From an uncultured Bdellovibrionales bacterium (GTDB taxonomy: Bacteria; Patescibacteriota; Minisyncoccia; Moranbacterales; UBA1568): a stretch of DNA of 54,758 bases. Location: positions 1-54,758 of the forward strand of contig CAYLPD010000002.1 of the NCBI GenBank assembly GCA_964385515.1, given 5' to 3'. Made by a program: the position numbers and the translations under genes. Below are positions 31,106 through 40,124 of the stretch, piece after piece. The first letter of the stretch is position 1, and every line of letters starts with the position of its first letter. The notes under the pieces are model-generated. The model ran no database searches. It saw only the letters and a list, made by a program, of their open reading frames with translations, and was not told the DNA's origin.

Positions 31106-32106
31106 TATTTCGCCTGAGTGGAACCAATCGTCACCTCGTCCCCTTCTTTCAATCCAGATCTCACCTCAATCGTGCCGTCATCACCCTCAAGCCCAGTGGT
31201 GACCTCCATCCTTTTGAAGGTCTGATCAGCTTGTTTCACTTGAGCGAACGTTTTCGTCCCCTCTTTCGTCAGCGCACGAAACGGTACCCAAAGCACATTC
31301 TGTCGAATAGCGGTTTGAATATCAATATTCCCCGTCATTCCTTCTCGTAAACGATCTTCATTCCGAGCCAACCGAAACTGCACCTTGTATGAAACCACAT
31401 CCTGCACCACGGTTGCAGCCGGATCAATCTGCACCACTTCACCCTCAAAAATATCATCTGATGACAACGCATCAAACGTGATCACCGCCTTCATGCCGAG
31501 AGAAATTTTGGCAATATCAGATTCTGGAATCCGCGATTCCAGCACATACGCCCCAGGTTTGATAACTCGCGCAATGGTCTGACCAGGCGTCACCACCTCG
31601 CCCAGCCGCGCATCAAATTTTGAAATGCTCCCGTTCATTGGAGCCGACAACACATTCTCTTTTATTTGAAGTTCCAGTGTCCGAACCCGTTCGCGAGCCT
31701 GTTCGGATGCTAGCTTTTTTGCCTTGCGCTCTTCCGGCGCCGGAGACAGGCGTTTGCGTTGAATGAGTTGTTCTGCCTGTTCGGCAATACGAGCAGCAGT
31801 CCGCGCCTCTTGCAATTGGGAATACAGTACCGCTCGATCCAAAGAAGCAATTCTAGCACCCGCCTCAACCTGATCTCCGATCTTCACGTACAGCACATCA
31901 ATCGTTCCAGCCGACAGAAAGGAGAGATCAGCGTACTCCTCCGGAATAAGCTCACCGGTAACACTCACCGTCTCAGATACATCTCCCCGCTTCACGGTTT
32001 CCGTCTGAACTGAAATGCTGGTATCCCGGACTTGAAAATAGTAATATCCGCCGCCGATAAGAAGAATACCGATGACGATAAAAATAATTCGTTTCTTGGT
32101 TACCAT
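31105..32106 (-). CDS. Periplasmic adaptor / membrane fusion protein (HlyD/MacA family)
   Basis: N-terminal TM (IIFIVIGILLIGGGYYYF), lipoyl-like and coiled-coil segments, and a beta-barrel C-terminus. It is first in the exporter operon. Confidence 0.85.
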   Translation of the reverse strand: MVTKKRIIFIVIGILLIGGGYYYFQVRDTSISVQTETVKRGDVSETVSVTGELIPEEYADLSFLSAGTIDVLYVKIGDQVEAGARIASLDRAVLYSQLQEARTAARIAEQAEQLIQRKRLSPAPEERKAKKLASEQARERVRTLELQIKENVLSAPMNGSISKFDARLGEVVTPGQTIARVIKPGAYVLESRIPESDIAKISLGMKAVITFDALSSDDIFEGEVVQIDPAATVVQDVVSYKVQFRLARNEDRLREGMTGNIDIQTAIRQNVLWVPFRALTKEGTKTFAQVKQADQTFKRMEVTTGLEGDDGTIEVRSGLKEGDEVTIGSTQAK

Positions 32107-32147
32107 ACTTGATACAGGTTCACCAGTACATTACAGAACCACTGTCT

Positions 32148-32573
32148 TCAGAACAAGCCTTTCTTTCCCTGCTCATCCATCGCTCGATTAGCCTCAGCAT
32201 CAGCCACAGTATTTTCCTCTCTCGGCACATGTCTGAAGGTCACGGAATGAAAATCGAGCACTAGATTCCAAATTTCGAGAAAGTACGGCTGAAGCTTTGC
32301 GTTCTCAATCTTGTACTCATGATTGAGCTGTCGGCAGGCAAGCTGCGAGTCCATGCGACATTCGATATTCGCGCCTTTCGCCTTTGCCTTACCGAGCAGT
32401 GCCTTCACCTTCTTCAAGGCAGAAACAATCGCTGCATACTCAGCCTCATTATTCGTTCGAATACCGAGAAACTCACCGTAGCGCTTTCCCAGCGTCTCGA
32501 TATACACTCCAAGTGCTGCCGGTCCCGGATTACCCCGCGAACCGCCATCTGTATACAGGATAATCGGCTGCAT
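32148..32573 (-). CDS. rnhA: Ribonuclease HI
   Basis: LYTDGGSRGNPGPAALG, TNNEAEYAAIVSAL and VPREENTVADAEAN carry the DEDD catalytic residues. Length is 141 aa. Confidence 0.9.
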   Translation of the reverse strand: MQPIILYTDGGSRGNPGPAALGVYIETLGKRYGEFLGIRTNNEAEYAAIVSALKKVKALLGKAKAKGANIECRMDSQLACRQLNHEYKIENAKLQPYFLEIWNLVLDFHSVTFRHVPREENTVADAEANRAMDEQGKKGLF

Positions 32574-32600
32574 GCTAACAGTATATCAGAGGAAGAGTTG

Positions 32601-32645
32601 AACCAAAAGAAAAGACTTCCCACCGAGGTTTCCATGAGAAGTCTT
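32601..32645 (-). terminator. Candidate rho-independent terminator after the orphan gene
   Basis: On the minus strand, the stem AAGACTTC / GAAGTCTT (32612-32619 and 32638-32645) has an 18-nt loop and is followed by TTTCTTTTGGTT. Confidence 0.5.
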
Positions 32646-32680
32646 ATATAGTTTGCGCCGTATGGACGATCAGCGGCTGC

Positions 32681-33442
32681 TCACTCCGACAAGCCATGGC
32701 GTCGCTGCCATTGTTCGTACAAACAGCCCAGCGCTTCCTTCATCATCCGCTGACCGATGATTGTAGCACAATTTTTTTCGTACAGTTGTCTGGCTGCTGC
32801 TTGAGCGGCAGCCATTTCCCTTTGTGCATCGCCCAATTCAGTCAGGCGACGCTTGGCTGTAGCAATCACGTGAGGAATCAGTGTGGATATCAAGGGCGCA
32901 CAGTGTGACAACGCCGATGGAGATACATCCAGCTTCAGTATCGCTGCGACAATCTCTTCGACGTCTCTTTCGGATTCATCATTTCTGACAATCTCGTCCA
33001 ACACACCCAGAACCTGCTCCGTCCCAAGGCTCAGCGTGACCGACATGCACACTCCCGACTCCTCAATCACCCGATGAAGCAGCTGATCCAGCACCACCCG
33101 CGAGAGTTCTACTCTCCGCTGGCCACTCAGCCACTGGAAGCCCAGGTCGACCATCGGAACACTGGTCCAATCAGACGCGAGGCGACCAACCAATACCTGC
33201 GCGCGCTGCGGTCGCCTCACTACTTCAATGAGATGACTTATTGGGCCACGGGAAACATGCTCCGGATAATACGGGGGTATCTCAGAGACCGTCACCCCAC
33301 ACAATTGGCCGACAAACCCCGGGAAGAGCGGCACCATTGTCTCTTGGGAACCACCAAGAATCAGTGGCGGAACGCTCCGGTTCAACGGATCAGAATAGAG
33401 GGCGAGAGCACCGCCACCACCCTGTATAACTCGGAATTGCAT
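32681..33442 (-). CDS. Hypothetical protein (orphan, Lys-poor)
   Basis: I prefer ATG 33442 (MQFRVIQGGGG...) because AAGGAG lies just upstream, in AAGGAGTGAGAGAATG. I recognise no motif. A terminator-like hairpin follows the gene. Confidence 0.65.
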   Translation of the reverse strand: MQFRVIQGGGGALALYSDPLNRSVPPLILGGSQETMVPLFPGFVGQLCGVTVSEIPPYYPEHVSRGPISHLIEVVRRPQRAQVLVGRLASDWTSVPMVDLGFQWLSGQRRVELSRVVLDQLLHRVIEESGVCMSVTLSLGTEQVLGVLDEIVRNDESERDVEEIVAAILKLDVSPSALSHCAPLISTLIPHVIATAKRRLTELGDAQREMAAAQAAARQLYEKNCATIIGQRMMKEALGCLYEQWQRRHGLSE

Positions 33443-33517
33443 TCTCTCACTCCTTGAAATGGTTGGGGCCAAAGCCCAGAAGAACTACGCCCACCCTACC
33501 GAAATACAACCGCACTG

Positions 33518-35227
33518 TCAATGAACGTAGAGTGGTTTAATGTCAAGTAATTTCAGCTGCAAAGCTAATCGGCCGTTCCATGCGTTCTCTTCAACCTGGC
33601 AGACGATAGAGAGCCTTTGGCCCGGTCTGCAGTCAGGGAAAGACGATACCAATGACCAACCAACGGCGTCGATGACTTGTGAATGATCTGGATGTCCGAG
33701 GGTCAGTTTCCAATGTTTCCCTTCCTTGCCAACCGTTCGCGCCTGCCGCACTTCGAATCCAGACAATTTGAAAACCGGTTCCGGATTTCCCTCGCCAAAA
33801 GGTGAAAGGCTCTCCATCTCACTCACCAGTTCGAGTGAGAGGTCGCCAGGATGAAGCTCGGCGTCAATCAGAAGTTCCGGCACAGTTTCCACTCCTTGTA
33901 GTCGCTGTCGAACGATTGTGCCGAACCGCTCGAGGAACACATCGAAGCGGTCATTCCGAATAGTCAGACCCGCCGCTTGTTCATGTCCACCGTATTTCTC
34001 AAAAAGATCTGCACACTCCTCCAAAGCATCAATGATATTGAAGCCTGCAATGCTCCGAAATGATCCCGTGCTTGTCACTTCGCCACGTTGAAAAACACCG
34101 GTTGGTTTGCCAATTTCATGAGCCACTTTCCCCGCGACAAGACCAACAACACCGAGCGGAAACTCTGGACCAGCAGCAATAACGAATTTCTCATTCTGAA
34201 ATTCCCGCTCTGCAATTGCACGAACTTTTTCTGCGGCAGTCTGACTCACTTTCTGCCGCGCCACATTATAACTCTCCAGTTCGAGCGCCAAAATACGAGC
34301 ACGCACCTGATCCGAGGTAAAGAGCAGCTCATGAGCAATCTCGGCATGCGCCATCCGGGAGGCCGCATTGATGCGCGGAGCAATTTGAAACGCAATCATC
34401 CGAGCATCAGGAGAATGTGCGTCATCAATCGGAATACGACCGACCGCATACATCTCACGCAAACCAAGACGACGGGTTTTCTGGAGAACAATGAGACCAT
34501 ACTTCACGAGGACCCGGTTTTCTCCGAGGAGCGGCATAACATCCGCGACCGTACCAATGGCCGTGATATCAAGCAACCACTTGAGTTCATCCACTCGATC
34601 CGGTAACAACCGCCGATAGAGCGCCGTAGCGACTTTGAAGGAAGTCCCTGCTCCACACAGGTCACGGAAAGGGTATGTGTCCGTCGGAATTTTTGGATTG
34701 ATGATCGCATAAGCTGGTGGGAGTATGGCAGGCACATGGTGATGGTCGATGACAATTGTCTCCATCCCAAGGGCCAAGGCCGAGGCGATTTCAGCATGAT
34801 TCATCATCCCACAATCAAGCGTGAGAATAATCCGAACACCCGCATCATAAAAACGAGTGACTGCCACCTGGCTCAACCCGTGACCCTCATTGAGCTTGTG
34901 CGGGATATGGACGACCGATTCAATACCGAGTGCCGCCAAGGCTTCACGCATAATCACACTGGAAGTCACACCGTCGGCGTCAAAGTCCCCCAAAATCCCA
35001 ACCCGTTCACCATTTTTCCGCGCCATATCAAGACGCGTCACGACTTTTTCCATATCCTGGAAAAGGAACGGGTCAAACAGATCGCGATCATAGTCCGGTG
35101 AGATAAAGCGTTCCACCTCTTGCCCTGCGATACCGCGTTGACGGAGCAAATGCCGAGTAATAGAAGACGGCCCCGCTGGGGCCGTGAATCGCACATAGCC
35201 AAATTTCTCTTTCCAAGCACGTTCCAT
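33518..35227 (-). CDS. recJ: Single-stranded-DNA-specific exonuclease RecJ
   Basis: DHH family motifs are GDFDADGVTS, ILTLDCG and VIDHHH. A DHHA1 region (GGHEQAAG) and a C-terminal OB-like domain are present. Confidence 0.9.
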   Translation of the reverse strand: MERAWKEKFGYVRFTAPAGPSSITRHLLRQRGIAGQEVERFISPDYDRDLFDPFLFQDMEKVVTRLDMARKNGERVGILGDFDADGVTSSVIMREALAALGIESVVHIPHKLNEGHGLSQVAVTRFYDAGVRIILTLDCGMMNHAEIASALALGMETIVIDHHHVPAILPPAYAIINPKIPTDTYPFRDLCGAGTSFKVATALYRRLLPDRVDELKWLLDITAIGTVADVMPLLGENRVLVKYGLIVLQKTRRLGLREMYAVGRIPIDDAHSPDARMIAFQIAPRINAASRMAHAEIAHELLFTSDQVRARILALELESYNVARQKVSQTAAEKVRAIAEREFQNEKFVIAAGPEFPLGVVGLVAGKVAHEIGKPTGVFQRGEVTSTGSFRSIAGFNIIDALEECADLFEKYGGHEQAAGLTIRNDRFDVFLERFGTIVRQRLQGVETVPELLIDAELHPGDLSLELVSEMESLSPFGEGNPEPVFKLSGFEVRQARTVGKEGKHWKLTLGHPDHSQVIDAVGWSLVSSFPDCRPGQRLSIVCQVEENAWNGRLALQLKLLDIKPLYVH

Positions 35228-35229
35228 GT

Positions 35230-35784
35230 CTAGATGCTGATGATCTCTCCGCTGAAACGCTTTCGACCGGCATCGGTGATGCGCAGACGAATCGCATAAC
35301 GACCATGCACCCCCTCCGAACTGACAAAATTCTCAGGCAAACCCATGTCTAATGCAAAACGCTGAGCATCGAAACTCGTCGGATCAACAGCAACGATGTA
35401 CTCGACCGCGGAGAGCAGCGCCCGAACGCGGACCACAACCTCTTTCAATGGGGTCGTATCCCGCACAATGAAGTCGTCGACTCCGAGTTCTTTCGATCTT
35501 GATTCATCCTCTTGTCGACCGAGATGGGATAGAAACACGATTGGGATCTTGGACGTCTCAACATTCTGTTTCAGTGTTTGAACCAAAGTGAACCCATCCA
35601 TTTTTGGCATGATGATACCACTCAGAATGAGATCAGGCTTTGTCTTCTCCATCATCTGCAACCCAGCGAGACCGTTTTCCGCTTCATCAACGATAAAACC
35701 CGAATCACGCAAGAACTGAGCATAGATATCGCGCGTTTCAGCATCGTCGTCGATGAGTAGAATTCTCGTTTCGTCATTGCTCAT
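35230..35784 (-). CDS. Receiver-domain protein lacking the phospho-acceptor Asp (pseudo-receiver) with a short uncharacterised C-terminal domain
   Basis: ILLIDDDAETRD carries the acidic pocket. KPDLILSGIIMPKMDG has Gly where the phosphorylated Asp normally sits. DDFIVRD has Arg in place of the conserved Lys. Its stop lies 2 nt from the recJ start. Track start 35790 is TTG, so I use ATG 35784. Confidence 0.75.
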   Translation of the reverse strand: MSNDETRILLIDDDAETRDIYAQFLRDSGFIVDEAENGLAGLQMMEKTKPDLILSGIIMPKMDGFTLVQTLKQNVETSKIPIVFLSHLGRQEDESRSKELGVDDFIVRDTTPLKEVVVRVRALLSAVEYIVAVDPTSFDAQRFALDMGLPENFVSSEGVHGRYAIRLRITDAGRKRFSGEIISI

Positions 35785-35836
35785 AATCAATACAATAAGA
35801 GTTTACTGTAGTATACCTCACCACCCAAAGAAGCAG

Positions 35837-36922
35837 CTAGCGATTCCCCGTCTCACGGAGCGCCTCAACAGCGTGTTTCATCTCACTTGAAAGGTGACGA
35901 GGGATCTCAATGATCGTCTTGACCAAATGGTCGCCACGCCCAAAACGACCGAGTTTGGGAATGCCTTTGCCTCGAATTCGGAATACTTCTCCTGGCTGCG
36001 TCCCAGCCGGAATCTTCATCATAACTTCACCTTCAATAGTCTCCACTGGGACCTTGTCACCGAGAGCAAATTGATCGAAACGTAACACCTGGTCTGAAAC
36101 AATATCATCACCTCGCCGATTGAATTTCGGATGCGCTTTCACATGAACAACGACATAAAGATCACCGGCCGGAGCGCCATGTTCACCCGCTGTTCCCTCT
36201 CCCGAGAGAGAGAGTGCCTGCCCATCCTCGATCCCCTCAGGGATAGTGATATCGCGCGAAACTTCCTTCTGCATTCGACCTTCTCCATGACAGGACTGAC
36301 ACACTTCGCTAAATATTCGTCCCGACGTATGACACCGACCACACGGTGCCGACTGGGTAAATGCCCCGAGAATAGTATTTACTGTTTTCATAATGGAACC
36401 CTGCCCGTGGCATTCTGGACAGACATCCTCTCTCGATCCTGGTGCCCCGCCTGATCCATGACACGCATCACAACGCGCAAATTTCCTCAATCGAACCGAG
36501 CGCGTAACTCCACGTACCATCTCTTCGAAACTAATCACCACGTCAACCTGAATGTCCGCACCACGACGCGACCGAGAACGCGAACTACCTCCAGTAAAAA
36601 GATCCGAAAAGAGGTCCTCCATGTTTGTCCCGCCAAAATTGAATCCTTGGCTGCCAAAATTTGAAAAATCAAAACCGCCGAAACCCTGACCAGGCGAGTT
36701 GCCCCCGGCACCAGAAAACGCCTGGCCAAATTGGTCGTACTGCCGACGCTTCTCCGGATCGCCGAGGATAGTGTATGCCTCGTTGATCTCTTTGAACGCG
36801 GCCTCATTCCCGCCTTTTTTATCAGGGTGGTGTGTATGCGCGAGCTTTCGATATGCTTTCTTGATATCCTCCTGACTCGCACCCTTGGACACGCCCAAAA
36901 TTGAATAGTAATCTTTGGCCAT
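35837..36922 (-). CDS. dnaJ: Molecular chaperone DnaJ
   Basis: J domain DYYSILGV...HHPDK, a G/F-rich linker, four CxxCxG zinc-finger repeats and a C-terminal substrate-binding domain. The start is ATG 36922 (MAKDYY). Track start 36937 is GTG and lies inside CIRCE. Confidence 0.95.
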   Translation of the reverse strand: MAKDYYSILGVSKGASQEDIKKAYRKLAHTHHPDKKGGNEAAFKEINEAYTILGDPEKRRQYDQFGQAFSGAGGNSPGQGFGGFDFSNFGSQGFNFGGTNMEDLFSDLFTGGSSRSRSRRGADIQVDVVISFEEMVRGVTRSVRLRKFARCDACHGSGGAPGSREDVCPECHGQGSIMKTVNTILGAFTQSAPCGRCHTSGRIFSEVCQSCHGEGRMQKEVSRDITIPEGIEDGQALSLSGEGTAGEHGAPAGDLYVVVHVKAHPKFNRRGDDIVSDQVLRFDQFALGDKVPVETIEGEVMMKIPAGTQPGEVFRIRGKGIPKLGRFGRGDHLVKTIIEIPRHLSSEMKHAVEALRETGNR

Positions 36923-36930
36923 AAAAAGTA

Positions 36931-36957
36931 TTAGCACTCGTCATTATCGAGTGCTAG
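36931..36957. promoter_or_regulatory. CIRCE element (HrcA operator)
   Basis: TTAGCACTC-N9-GAGTGCTAG compares with the consensus TTAGCACTC-N9-GAGTGCTAA, so only the last base differs. It lies 8 nt upstream of the dnaJ ATG. Confidence 0.85.
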
Positions 36958-36971
36958 CAGCGCCTTGTCAA
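36943..36971 (-). promoter_or_regulatory. Near-consensus sigma70-type promoter of dnaJ overlapping CIRCE
   Basis: On the minus strand, TTGACA (36966-36971), a 17-nt spacer, then GATAAT (36943-36948). The -10 hexamer lies within the CIRCE spacer. Confidence 0.6.
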
Positions 36972-37028
36972 CCCCGGAGCGTAATGCCTTCTTTTATCCT
37001 GGGTAATTCAGGCTCAGCGAAGCCTGTC

Positions 37029-38015
37029 CTATACGATAGTCTCCTGCTCTCTGGGAACACGCTTCAGTGAGACCGCCCCCCCTCTGACAAGCAAAATGAA
37101 GATGATCGACGCCAGGGCGAGAGCCGGCGAAACCATAAGTGTTCCAATCGGATAAATCGTAAAAAACAAGAGCACCGCAAGAAAATAAGGGAGAAATGGA
37201 ACAGCCGTACTTCGTTCAGCGGTACCACCGGATACAAAGGCCACCGTCTTCTTCCGAAGTACTTCTGACAAGATGGTATTCATACTCTCATCACCGCTCA
37301 CATTCCGCCCCAGTAAACGCGACAGCTGTAGTTTCGATCGCATCACTTCAGCCTGACGAACCGCTTCCCCAATGCCATTCGCCAAGAGAGCTTCTGAACC
37401 ACTCCCCTCAATCGTCGGACGCATTTCGCGAAAAAAATCATCTACTGAAAGGTTTCTGTTCTGCAATGAAGCCAGTGAGGGTGACAACGTGCCTGCCAGA
37501 CGCAGCAACCATGCTCCCGTTCCCTCAGCCAGGTCAAAACTCGGTACCAGCTGCTGCCAGGGTAACGGACTGATGAGCGCATAGTATTGACTCGAGATAA
37601 CAAGCGACAGGGCAAAAATAACCGGTGCGATACTGACCGTCACACTCCGATACAACGAGACTTCGATTCGAGCGGCAAGTTCGCGCCCGATGTGAAGGAG
37701 CCCACCAAAGAGACACAGTCCGGCGACAATACATACCCCCGCGTGTACCAAGGTAGGTGCAAAGAAAAAGCTTGGCAGGAACATAACGATGCTCACTACA
37801 ATCTGAAATGATCGCTCACGCCAGAGCAGTGCGCCAACCGAAAACGACGTCATTGCGAGGAGAAACCAGACAAGCGGAACGAGAAAAACACTTGATTCCG
37901 GAACGAGAACCGCATCCGTAACCGACGCAAAACCAAAATACGCAACCCCGGTCACAACAAAGAGCAGTATGATTCCAATAATCTGTCGACGGGATAACAT
38001 AAAGCTAGAGTCCAT
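37029..38015 (-). CDS. Hypothetical polytopic membrane protein
   Basis: Several N-terminal TM helices, a soluble middle (...LQNRNLSVDDFFREMRPTIEGSGSE...) and C-terminal TM helices. The start is uncertain. ATG 38015 overlaps the mltG stop by 11 nt, and ATG 38000 lies 4 nt after it. Confidence 0.55.
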   Translation of the reverse strand: MDSSFMLSRRQIIGIILLFVVTGVAYFGFASVTDAVLVPESSVFLVPLVWFLLAMTSFSVGALLWRERSFQIVVSIVMFLPSFFFAPTLVHAGVCIVAGLCLFGGLLHIGRELAARIEVSLYRSVTVSIAPVIFALSLVISSQYYALISPLPWQQLVPSFDLAEGTGAWLLRLAGTLSPSLASLQNRNLSVDDFFREMRPTIEGSGSEALLANGIGEAVRQAEVMRSKLQLSRLLGRNVSGDESMNTILSEVLRKKTVAFVSGGTAERSTAVPFLPYFLAVLLFFTIYPIGTLMVSPALALASIIFILLVRGGAVSLKRVPREQETIV

Positions 38016-39039
38016 GCGCCGCACGATTCCGACTATGACCCTCAAAGTCCTCAGCAAAATACGTTACTCGCGTTTGAGTATCAATGAGAAAATAGTAGTA
38101 GGGATTGGCCGTCGGGTACAGGGCCGCTTTGAGCGACATGAGACTAGGGTTTCCAATCGGACCTGGTGGCAATCCCGCGTACACATAAGTGTTATACGGT
38201 GAGGTGGATTGGAGGTCCGTGAGCGTTGGCTGATCCTTGGCAGACTTGTGGATATAATTGATTGTTGCATCACTCTGTAGCGGCTGGCCGATAGCCAATC
38301 GTTTCCGAAACACATCACTGATATTCTTCCGATCATCTTCGGTTTTTCCCTCTTCTTCGATAATCGAAGCGAGTGTCAACACTTGATGGAGCGTGAGTCC
38401 CCGCTGTGCTCGTTCAGCAGCGATAATCGGTTCAGCCTTCTCGCCAAAATTCTTCAGTAGCTCATTCACGATTAACTCACCCGTTGCCTGGACGGGGAAA
38501 ATATAGGTGTCCGGAAAAAGATAGCCCTCAAGACTGGCATCCGCAGGCAAATCCTTGAGAAAGGCATAGCGCTCCCGCCACTTCGGGAAGGGCTTGCTAG
38601 CAATCATCAAAAAATCCGCACCAGCGAGTCCATTTTCGGTTAACCGTTTTGCCATCTCATCAATCGTCCAGCCTTCTGGAAAAGTAACCCGCACACCTGC
38701 AGGCACCACCTTGCCTTCGGCGAACCGCCGCATAATGTCTGGGATTGATAACTGGCCAGAAAGGTTGTACTCACCCACCTGGAATTCTTTATACAATCCT
38801 GTCTTCACCGCATAGACAATAAAAGTCAGCGGTCCATCGATAATCCCGGCTTGGCCAAGGCGTTCAGCCACTTGAGTAACGCCTTCACCACGCTGGATAG
38901 TGAAGCGTTGATTTTCCTGAACCCGCCCCCGAGCCGACTCAACCCGTTGAAGTACGTAAGCCGCTGACGCCCCCATGACAACTACTCCCAGCCCGGCCGC
39001 AACCGCCACGCCCTTTGCGATCTTGATAAATAAACGCAT
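38005..39039 (-). CDS. mltG: Endolytic peptidoglycan transglycosylase MltG (YceG family)
   Basis: N-terminal TM, then LTLASIIEEEGKT, LQSDATINY and SPYNTYVYAGLPPGPIGNPS. The start is ATG 39039. Track start 39060 is TTG and overlaps yjbQ. Confidence 0.9.
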   Translation of the reverse strand: MRLFIKIAKGVAVAAGLGVVVMGASAAYVLQRVESARGRVQENQRFTIQRGEGVTQVAERLGQAGIIDGPLTFIVYAVKTGLYKEFQVGEYNLSGQLSIPDIMRRFAEGKVVPAGVRVTFPEGWTIDEMAKRLTENGLAGADFLMIASKPFPKWRERYAFLKDLPADASLEGYLFPDTYIFPVQATGELIVNELLKNFGEKAEPIIAAERAQRGLTLHQVLTLASIIEEEGKTEDDRKNISDVFRKRLAIGQPLQSDATINYIHKSAKDQPTLTDLQSTSPYNTYVYAGLPPGPIGNPSLMSLKAALYPTANPYYYFLIDTQTRVTYFAEDFEGHSRNRAAHGL

Positions 39040-39049
39040 GAGAAGGAAA

Positions 39050-39490
39050 TTAGTAACCAATCACCTGAATAACGACATCGCGCGCCCGCGCACCGTCAAA
39101 TTCAACCGCAAAGATGTTCTGCCGCTCCGTCAGAAGCAACTTCCCCTTTTCGACTGGAATTGTTTCACTGTTGCCGAGGAGGATGGCCTTACAGTGTGAA
39201 TGGCCATTTGATCGACCATCCGACTTGGACTCGCGGCGCAATTCAAACAAATCGTGTGAATACTGATCGTCTACCGGCACCACCTTGTAGAGAATTCGCA
39301 TGAAATCCTGGAGCAACATTGGTTCGTTGTGATTGATCGCAACGCCCATCGTCGTGTGCGGAACATAAACAAGCACTTGACCCTCGCGGATACCTGAACG
39401 ATCGACGATTTCCTGAACCTGATCTGTGATATCGAGAAATTCGATCTGTGTCGTGCTTTTGAGATCGATACGCTCTTTATGGATTTTCAT
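39050..39490 (-). CDS. yjbQ: YjbQ/UPF0047 family protein (secondary thiamine-phosphate synthase-like)
   Basis: FLDITDQVQEIV, VLVYVPHTTMGVAINHNEP and GRSNGHSHCKAILLGNSETIPVEKGKLLL match the family as I recall it. Confidence 0.8.
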   Translation of the reverse strand: MKIHKERIDLKSTTQIEFLDITDQVQEIVDRSGIREGQVLVYVPHTTMGVAINHNEPMLLQDFMRILYKVVPVDDQYSHDLFELRRESKSDGRSNGHSHCKAILLGNSETIPVEKGKLLLTERQNIFAVEFDGARARDVVIQVIGY

Positions 39491-39530
39491 ATGTTTTTTT
39501 ATCTCCCGAAGTGAATGCGTCGCCCTCGAT

Positions 39531-39842
39531 CTAGAGAGCCGTCAGGGCTTCTTGAAGCGCAGCCTTTTCTTGAACGCCAACGAATTCTTTCACTACCTGT
39601 CCGCCCTTAAAAATCTTCAGTGTCGGGATTGACATCACACCATAGGCCTGAGCAATATCCGGGTGTTCGTCGACATTGAGTTTGCCGATCTTCACGGTTG
39701 TCATTTCACTGGCCAGTGTATCAATGGTTGGTCCCATAATCTGACAAGGACCACACCAAGGTGCCCAGAAATCTACGAGCACGGGCTGCTCGCTCTTCAC
39801 GACCTCCGCCTCAAAATTATCTTTGGTGAACTCTAATGCCAT
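39531..39842 (-). CDS. trxA: Thioredoxin
   Basis: The active site is FWAPWCGPCQ. Length is 103 aa. Confidence 0.95.
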   Translation of the reverse strand: MALEFTKDNFEAEVVKSEQPVLVDFWAPWCGPCQIMGPTIDTLASEMTTVKIGKLNVDEHPDIAQAYGVMSIPTLKIFKGGQVVKEFVGVQEKAALQEALTAL

Positions 39843-40124
39843 AGCGATAGCCTCAACGATTACCTTTGCATTTTAGGCGCTCACCGCAAAAAAAGCAAAG
39901 GGGTATGACAACGTGGCGGCATACCTCAAGAACACCCCAAGCCGAAGTCAAGCTTTCCGCAAAGAGAGAATCAAAGCCAGATAGTGCCAAATGTGTTCAG
40001 CCCAACTGAGACGAAGCACTATTCTGTAAAGTGCAACCCACACACCGAACTTCTCGTATGTCTCATCGAACCTGTGCAAGGTCCTGTACAAATCCGCATA
40101 CTGACTGACTGTCCATTATTACCT

